Assembly: GCA_020634435.1 (NCBI GenBank)
Contig: JACKBS010000006.1
Coordinates: 527,136 to 591,135 of the forward strand
DNA length: 64,000 nt
Source of the DNA: Ardenticatenaceae bacterium
GTDB lineage: Bacteria; Chloroflexota; Anaerolineae; Promineifilales; Promineifilaceae
Direction: 5' to 3'
The notes beneath the pieces are model-generated. The model made no database searches, was not told where the DNA came from, and saw nothing but the letters and a program-made list of their open reading frames with translations. The stretch's first letter is position 1; each line of letters begins with the position of its first letter. The position numbers and the translations under genes are program-made. Shown one piece after another: positions 9,601-15,600 of the stretch.

Positions 9601-10023
9601 TTATCCCATAACCAGCACGGTCACATGGGCCGCGATGGTTGTTTCTTCACACGCCCGGAAAACCGATACGCGGTGATGCCCGTCCTGCACGTAGTAGGCA
9701 TCGCCGACGGCTACCAGAGAGATGGGGGGCAAAGAAGCCAGCTTTTGGCGGGCCTGCCGCACGCTTTCCAGGCGGCTGCAATTGTGGCTGTTGGTCAGGC
9801 GGAAATCGGCATCAAAGTCGCGGCTACGGCCGTTGCTGGCGGTGCCCTTGATCTGGTGCAGCGGCACTTGTTGGATGCCCGCATAGCTATGGTCGGCGAT
9901 GGTCTGGCCTGCGGTGGCCTGGGACAATGTGGGCAGCGGTTGCGATTTAGATGCCAGGCGTGAGAGGGTGCTGTTAGCCCAACTTTGCAATTTTTGTGTG
10001 GTGTTTGTTGTTCCTAAAAACAT
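9601..10023 (-). CDS. small ParB/Srx-fold (ParB N-terminal nuclease-like domain) protein
   Basis: C-terminal half LPPISLVAVGDAYYVQDGHHRVSVFRA carries the DGHHR motif of the ParB/sulfiredoxin fold. SD AAGGAG 7 nt upstream. Confidence 0.5.
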   Translation of the reverse strand: MFLGTTNTTQKLQSWANSTLSRLASKSQPLPTLSQATAGQTIADHSYAGIQQVPLHQIKGTASNGRSRDFDADFRLTNSHNCSRLESVRQARQKLASLPPISLVAVGDAYYVQDGHHRVSVFRACEETTIAAHVTVLVMG

Positions 10024-10090
10024 GATTCACTCCTTGGCGTTACCGTTCCATCCCGTCTACAAGCTATCTGTCAGGCAGCATACGGCCGTG

Positions 10091-10152
10091 GCGTGACGCC
10101 AGCGTGACACAGCGATCTGGAGCGTGACACAATGCCCACCATCGGCTAAAAT
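10091..10152 (+). promoter_or_regulatory. helical-phase direct repeats GCGTGAC (x3 plus one degenerate copy) replacing a -35, followed by TAAAAT -10
   Basis: GCGTGAC at 10091, 10102, 10122 and GCGATCT at 10112 (spacing 11/10/10 bp). The last repeat ends 18 nt before TAAAAT 10147-10152. SD AAGGA precedes ATG 10203. Confidence 0.5.
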
Positions 10153-10202
10153 GCAGCCGCTCCCCGGCAGCAACTGCTTTTGTTTGAAGGACGGAAAAGA
10201 TC

Positions 10203-13016
10203 ATGCACCTGGCGCTCCACTTCTTGGGTGGTTTTCACGCCACCATTGACCAAGCACCCATCCCGACATCACGAGCCAAACGTATTGAGGCTCTGCTCAT
10301 TTTCCTGGCCGTAGAAGCCAGCCGCAGCCACCGGCGCGAACTGCTCACCGGCCTGCTTTTCCCCGATGCCCCGGAAGAATCCGCCCGCACCAACCTGCGC
10401 CAAACGCTGACGCGGCTGCGTCGGGCCATTCAGGATGACGCCGCTGAACCGTCCTTTTTGTTAGTCACCCGCGAAGCGACTCAGTTCAACAGTGCCAGCG
10501 ACCATACGCTGGATGTGATGCATCTTCAGGAAGCGCTGGCGGGTTGTGCCCAGCACCGGGGCCAGCGCAGCGGCAGCTGTGGCGAGTGCATGAGCCTGGC
10601 GGCAACGGCCGTTTCTCTCTACAAAGGTCCGTTTCTTGATGGGTTTTTCCTGGAAGACAGCGCTGCTTTTGAGGAATGGGTAGCAAGCACCCGGCAGCTG
10701 ATCCAGCAGCAGGCGCTGACGGCACTGGCGGAGCTGGCCCTGTTTCACGAGCGGCGCGGCGAATACGAGTTGGCGGCTGACTTCGCTCGCCAGCAGCTGG
10801 CCATCGAACCGTGGCTGGAGGAAGCGCAGCAGCAGCTCATGCGTGCCCTGACCAACTTGGGCCAACGCAACGAGGCGCTGGCGACCTACGAGGCGTTTTG
10901 CCAGACGCTGGAAGATGAACTGGGCGTGGAGCCTTTGCCAGAAACGGCCGCTTTGGCTGACCAAATTCGAGACGCGGGGGCGGAACGGCCGTACCAACTG
11001 CCGCCGCGTGAGCAAAACCTGGTGGGGCGCAGTGACGAACTGGCCCGATTATCCAGCCAGTTGGCCATGCCCACCCAGCGACTGCACACGATTGTTGGTC
11101 CGGGCGGCGTGGGCAAAACGCGCCTGGCGCTGGAGGCGGCTTGGTTGGTCGCCACAACACATCTCGGTCCATTTAACCAGGGCGTCTTTTTTGTACCCCT
11201 GGCCAGTGTGGCTGCGGTGGAATCGGTGGCTGTTGAAACCGCGGGTTTTAATCCCTTGGTAACGGCCGTTGCCGAAACTCTGGGCTACACCTTTGCCGGT
11301 TCGGCCGAACCGCAGGCGCAGTTGCTGGATTATCTGCAAGACAAACATCTGCTGCTGGTGCTCGACAACCTGGAACACCTCATGACCCCTGGTCGGGCGC
11401 TGATTTTGGCCCTGCTGCAAAAAGCGCCGCATCTCAACATCCTGGTCACGTCGCGCGAGCGGCTTAACCTGGCAGAGGAACAGGTGCTGGCGTTGGGCGG
11501 CTTACCCACGGCGGTGGATGGCACCGCGCTCAGCCCGGCGATGACCCTTTTTGTGCAGCGGGCGCAGCAGGTAGAACCCCGCTTTGCCCTGGCTACAGAT
11601 GGCGATTGGTCAGAAACGGCTGTGGCTAACATTTGCCAGCTGTTAGACGGACTGCCCCTGGCGATTGAGCTGGCGGCGGCCTGGGTGCGGCTGCTCTCCT
11701 GCCCGGAAATTTTGGCGGAGCTGCGCCAAAATATCGACGGCCTCAGCGCCACGGCGGTGAATTTACCGCAGCGCCAACGCAGCCTCCGCGCCGTGTTCGA
11801 TTATTCCTGGCAGCTGCTCACTCACGATGAGCAACAAACGTTGGCGCAATTAGCGATCTTCCCGGCTGGCTTCGACCGCCAGGCGGCGGCCCAGGTGGCG
11901 GAAGCCCGTCTGCCGCAGCTTTCTGCTCTGCTGGATAAATCCTTTTTGCGGCGGCAAATGGGGGAAAGTGGCGATACAGTAGTTCGCGGCGATACAGTAG
12001 TTCGCGGCGATACGGCCGTTCGGGCCACTTCTCGCTACGAAATGCTGACCGTGGTGCGCCAGTTTGCCCTGGAACATTTAGAAGACGGGACGGCGCTGCG
12101 TGAGCGATACGGCCGTTACTTTCTGGCCCTGGTTGCGACTCAAGAAAATGCGTTGCAAGGTCAAGATCAGCGTTCTGCCCTGGCGCTGCTGAACCAGGAG
12201 ATTGAAAACATCCGTCTGGCCTGGCGGTCTGCCATCGCCCAAGCCGATAGCGAATCGATCAATCAGGCAACAGCGGCCTTGTCGCTTTATTTGTACATGC
12301 GCAGCTGGTTCCGTGAAGGGCTGGAGCTGTTTGGCCAGGCCGCCGACCGGCTCGCAGGGCAGGCATCGGCCCAACTGGAGGCCAAATTGCGGGCGCGGCA
12401 AGGTTGGTTTGCTTTTCTTTCTGGCCAGCCACAGCAGGCGCGGGAATGGCTCACTGGCAGCCTGGCCATTTTGCGGCGCGCTGGCGAGCCTGAAGCGCTG
12501 ACCTACACGCTGAACTTCCTGGCAGTGGTGCGCAGCTCGCTAGATGATTTTGCCCAGGCCGAATCATTGTGCGCCGAGGCGCTGGGCATCGCCAAAGAGA
12601 CCCATCAGCTGTACAGTCAGGCTATCAGCCACAACATTTTGAGCCAACTTGCTTACCAGCAAGGTGCCTATGCTCAGGCGCAGACCGCTTCGCAAACCAG
12701 CCTGAAGCTGGAGCAGGAATTGGGCAACCGGTGGAGCATGGGTTTTTCGTTGGTGAATTTGGGTCGGGTGGCGTATGCGCTGGGCGATTATGCCACGGCC
12801 CAGGCCCGCTACGAGGAAAGCTTGGCCATTCGCCAGGAAATGCAGGATGCGCGGGGTCAGGGTTTATGTCAACTTCATTTGGGGGATACGGCCGTTGCCA
12901 GCCAAAATTATGCGGAAGCGGCCGTACGATTTCAGCGCAGTCTGGCCATCTTTAGCCAGATTGGCGACCTGCCCACGGTGGAAAAGCTGCGTCAGCGGTT
13001 GGATTCACTGCCCTAA
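10203..13016 (+). CDS. SARP/AfsR-like regulator: wHTH-BTAD + NB-ARC (STAND) ATPase + TPR
   Basis: N-terminal RAKRIEALLIFLAVE...RRELLTGLLFPD and EWVASTRQ...ALAELAL (BTAD). GPGGVGKTRLA Walker A, LLLVLDNLEH Walker B. C-terminal TPR repeats (ALTYTLNFLAVV..., YSQAISHNILSQLAY..., WSMGFSLVNLGRVAY...). Confidence 0.85.
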   Translation: MHLALHFLGGFHATIDQAPIPTSRAKRIEALLIFLAVEASRSHRRELLTGLLFPDAPEESARTNLRQTLTRLRRAIQDDAAEPSFLLVTREATQFNSASDHTLDVMHLQEALAGCAQHRGQRSGSCGECMSLAATAVSLYKGPFLDGFFLEDSAAFEEWVASTRQLIQQQALTALAELALFHERRGEYELAADFARQQLAIEPWLEEAQQQLMRALTNLGQRNEALATYEAFCQTLEDELGVEPLPETAALADQIRDAGAERPYQLPPREQNLVGRSDELARLSSQLAMPTQRLHTIVGPGGVGKTRLALEAAWLVATTHLGPFNQGVFFVPLASVAAVESVAVETAGFNPLVTAVAETLGYTFAGSAEPQAQLLDYLQDKHLLLVLDNLEHLMTPGRALILALLQKAPHLNILVTSRERLNLAEEQVLALGGLPTAVDGTALSPAMTLFVQRAQQVEPRFALATDGDWSETAVANICQLLDGLPLAIELAAAWVRLLSCPEILAELRQNIDGLSATAVNLPQRQRSLRAVFDYSWQLLTHDEQQTLAQLAIFPAGFDRQAAAQVAEARLPQLSALLDKSFLRRQMGESGDTVVRGDTVVRGDTAVRATSRYEMLTVVRQFALEHLEDGTALRERYGRYFLALVATQENALQGQDQRSALALLNQEIENIRLAWRSAIAQADSESINQATAALSLYLYMRSWFREGLELFGQAADRLAGQASAQLEAKLRARQGWFAFLSGQPQQAREWLTGSLAILRRAGEPEALTYTLNFLAVVRSSLDDFAQAESLCAEALGIAKETHQLYSQAISHNILSQLAYQQGAYAQAQTASQTSLKLEQELGNRWSMGFSLVNLGRVAYALGDYATAQARYEESLAIRQEMQDARGQGLCQLHLGDTAVASQNYAEAAVRFQRSLAIFSQIGDLPTVEKLRQRLDSLP
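11970..12023 (+). repeat. 3 x 18-nt in-frame tandem repeat (GDTVVR GDTVVR GDTAVR)
   Basis: GGCGATACAGTAGTTCGC x2, then GGCGATACGGCCGTTCGG. The third unit differs by the substitutions that create ACGGCCGT. Confidence 0.9.
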
Positions 13017-13074
13017 AAATCCACAGATTACACAGATTATTTCTTTTTCTCTGCGTGCTCCGCGTCCTTTGCGG

Positions 13075-14433
13075 TTAAATCTCCCACCGCTTGCGTTCGT
13101 TTTCATACTGTTCGGGGCTGTCGAGGTCGCGCAAGATATCGTCGGTGGGGACTGGTACCAGGTGTAGCTGATCGGCGTGGCGGTGCAGGAGGGTGCGCGG
13201 CGCATCGCCGGGAGAGAGAGCTAGCAGCTCGGCAAAATGGCGGCGACCAATCAGCACCGGATTGCCACGTTGCCCGGCAAAAATGGGGGCAATCAGGTGG
13301 CCATCTCTTTGCCAGTACGCTTCTAGCAGCAAATTCATCGTCTCTGGCTGGACCATTGGCTGGTCGGCCAGCAGTACCAAAACGGCCGTTACCGATTCAT
13401 CCAGCGCGCGTACGGCCGTTTGCAGCGACGAGAGCATTTCTCCCGCAGCATAGCCTTGATTATGTAAAGTTTTAGCACCGGCATTTTGCGCGATTTTTGC
13501 CACGGCTTCAGCTTCGTGTCCGGTGACGACGAGATATTGGTATACGGCCGTTTGCTGCACATTGCGCAGCGTTTGCCCCAGCACGGTGGTGTCGCCCCAG
13601 GGCAACAACTGCTTGGTTGTCAGCCCCATTCGTTTGCCCTCGCCCGCGGCCAGGATAACGGCGGTGACGCGCCGATGCACCTCGCGCACGGGCTGATCCG
13701 TTCTTGTCGCCCCAATCACTACTTGCTCAATGCGCGGCGTTTTCAGGAGCTGTTGGGCAATCTGGCGGGCCGCGGTAAGCTGAACGGCCGTTTCGACCTT
13801 GTTGATAAACGGCACCACCCGCGCCCCGTCGGGCACACCCTTTAAGCCCCCCTGTGGATGGGCAATCAAACGCGCCACTTCGTTCACCGACAACCGTTCA
13901 CCGATCGCCGAATCCAGCAGTTCAGCCGCAATCTCTGGCCGATGGGTGATTTCGGTGAAACGGCCGTCCAGCGCATCAATCCCTACCACTGGCACCACCA
14001 ACGTGCTGGCGGGTGGAATCACTGGCTCATGTGGGGCGGGCGCTTTAATGGGCCGCATTCGCGAGCCATCGGCTTCAACGAGCACAAAATCAACGTCTGG
14101 TCGGGCTAGCCATGCTCCTGGCAATTCTGGCGGCACCCCCACCGCCTTGTCGCCTGCGACTTCACCCACGACCAGACAGATGCCAAATTGATCCAGCGCT
14201 GCACCAATTTTTTTCTCTGCGTTCTTGGCGTCCTCTGCGGTAAAAAAAATCACGGCCTCTGACCGACTCATCTGCGCGGCAAAGATGCGCGTGGTGGTAG
14301 TGAGGATGCGCCTACCGGGCAAGGCCGCACCCAAAGCAAACAGCAGGCTGGTCTTGCCGCCGCCGCCGACAAAAGCAATCAGCTCGTTCTGGGGCTGTAA
14401 GTTAAACGCGGTGGGCAGAGTGAAGCGGCTCAT
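13075..14433 (-). CDS. fusion protein: YqeC-family selenium-dependent hydroxylase accessory domain + MocA-like molybdenum cofactor cytidylyltransferase domain
   Basis: N-terminal LIAFVGGGGKTSLLFALGAAL (YqeC P-loop-like). C-terminal VTAVILAAGEGKRMG..KQLLPWGDTTVLGQTL ... LLADQPMV (MobA/MocA NTP-transferase). Confidence 0.75.
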   Translation of the reverse strand: MSRFTLPTAFNLQPQNELIAFVGGGGKTSLLFALGAALPGRRILTTTTRIFAAQMSRSEAVIFFTAEDAKNAEKKIGAALDQFGICLVVGEVAGDKAVGVPPELPGAWLARPDVDFVLVEADGSRMRPIKAPAPHEPVIPPASTLVVPVVGIDALDGRFTEITHRPEIAAELLDSAIGERLSVNEVARLIAHPQGGLKGVPDGARVVPFINKVETAVQLTAARQIAQQLLKTPRIEQVVIGATRTDQPVREVHRRVTAVILAAGEGKRMGLTTKQLLPWGDTTVLGQTLRNVQQTAVYQYLVVTGHEAEAVAKIAQNAGAKTLHNQGYAAGEMLSSLQTAVRALDESVTAVLVLLADQPMVQPETMNLLLEAYWQRDGHLIAPIFAGQRGNPVLIGRRHFAELLALSPGDAPRTLLHRHADQLHLVPVPTDDILRDLDSPEQYENERKRWEI

Positions 14434-15290
14434 GACTGTCGGTTCAGGTGGGTGAGGATGGCTTCCAGCACGCCGCCGCCAATGGCCAGCGCTTTTTCGG
14501 AGATCGTGAAGCAGGCGTCTACATCGGCCCGGGCATCGAGATCGCCAATTTTGAGACCTGCGGAAACGGCCGTACCCGGCGCAATCAGCCCACGCAGCAC
14601 ACCAGCAAACGGGGCGGTAATTAGCTCACCCGCCACATCGCCAATGAGATCACCCGCCTGAACCAAATCTCCAATATCCAATTTCCAATCTACCGTGCCT
14701 GTTGCCGGGGCGCGCAGCACACGCTCCGCACCTTTGCCGCCAATAATGCCCGGTGTGCCGGTGTTGGGAATGGCCGCACCTTCCCAGATGACCCGCCCCA
14801 AGGTATGTCCGCGCATCGTCTCGATGACGGCGTGGCAATCGACGCCAGCCGTAAAGCCCGGCCCCAGCGCAATCACCAACTCAGCCTGGTCGGGACGGGT
14901 GTCGATGTTGCGCTTGGCCATGCGGGCGTCGATGAGGATCGGTATTCGGTGGTCGGTGGTCGGTGAACCGTAATCAGTCAACCGTTCACCGATTACGGAT
15001 AACCGATTACCGATTACCGGCAGCTCCGGAGCGACAAGGACGGGAATTCCGCCAGCGTAGGCCAGGGTCAACGCTTCATCGACTGTTTCCACCCGTTGGG
15101 CTTGGAGAGACTCGATTTGAACCTGACCTTCGCGAACGGCCGTTGCCAGGGCCACTTTCCGCCGCACGACCAGCGGCTGCGGTAGTTCCAGCACGATGAG
15201 GGGGAAGCCTGCCTGGTGCAAACGGTAAGCCACGCCGGTAGCCAGATCACCACCGCCGCGCAGAATTACGAGGTGTTGTGAGAATAACAT
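14430..15290 (-). CDS. YqeB-family selenium-dependent molybdenum hydroxylase system protein
   Basis: HLVILRGGGDLATGVAYRLHQAGFPLIVLELPQPLVVRRKVALATAV matches the family N-terminus. Stop overlaps the downstream start (ATGA). Contains a heptamer-array insert. Confidence 0.7.
   Translation of the reverse strand: MLFSQHLVILRGGGDLATGVAYRLHQAGFPLIVLELPQPLVVRRKVALATAVREGQVQIESLQAQRVETVDEALTLAYAGGIPVLVAPELPVIGNRLSVIGERLTDYGSPTTDHRIPILIDARMAKRNIDTRPDQAELVIALGPGFTAGVDCHAVIETMRGHTLGRVIWEGAAIPNTGTPGIIGGKGAERVLRAPATGTVDWKLDIGDLVQAGDLIGDVAGELITAPFAGVLRGLIAPGTAVSAGLKIGDLDARADVDACFTISEKALAIGGGVLEAILTHLNRQS
14943..15019. repeat. 11-unit heptanucleotide array (NNNNCSG: TGGTCGG, TTCACCG, ATTACCG...) inside the yqeB-like CDS
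   Basis: TATTCGG TGGTCGG TGGTCGG TGAACCG TAATCAG TCAACCG TTCACCG ATTACGG ATAACCG ATTACCG ATTACCG. Encodes PVIGNRLSVIGERLTDYGSPTTDHR. Confidence 0.85.
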
Positions 15291-15302
15291 AGGCTGATCT
15301 TA
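15291..15302 (-). promoter_or_regulatory. -10 hexamer TAAGAT exactly 6 nt upstream of ATG 15290 (leaderless-type start of yqeB operon)
   Basis: Minus strand: TAAGAT (15302..15297) cagcct ATG. TTGCCC-like -35 lies 16-17 nt further upstream. Confidence 0.4.
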
Positions 15303-15371
15303 CCCCAGGTGCGCTGGCGGGCAAACGGCTGGCAGCAGCTTGTTAGATCGCCTGTCAGATTTGGTGTTATT

Positions 15372-15401
15372 TTGACTTTAAGGTTGGGAGTTCTGTATAA
15401 T
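15372..15401 (+). promoter_or_regulatory. sigma-70-type promoter TTGACT-N18-TATAAT upstream of the kinase gene
   Basis: TTGACT 15372-15377, TATAAT 15396-15401. Leaves a leader of about 190 nt containing two AACGGCCGTT copies. Confidence 0.5.
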
Positions 15402-15600
15402 GCCCAGCAGTTGCGATTTTTATCGGTATAAATTCTTGTTGTAGTGGCGAAATTATATAGGATTTTATGAGACGCCTGTGGTGGCAACGGCCGTTTTTGA
15501 TTGTGCTGTTTGTTACCCGGATGTCAACGGCCGTTGGGAATATTGCCAGTTAAATTGGTAGTACAACGGATGGCTCTCTCTTTGGGGAAAACGATTTCAA

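Noticed and set aside
13027-13046. CACAGATTA x2 nine-nucleotide tandem repeat in the convergent gap after the SARP gene
   Set aside because: There are only two units and no symmetry or recurrence in the window. It is most likely incidental.
14943-15019. Heptamer arrays considered as CRISPR or minisatellite-encoded spacers
   Set aside because: The units are 7 nt with no spacers and the arrays are 35-77 nt long. There are no cas genes. They are simple short tandem repeats.
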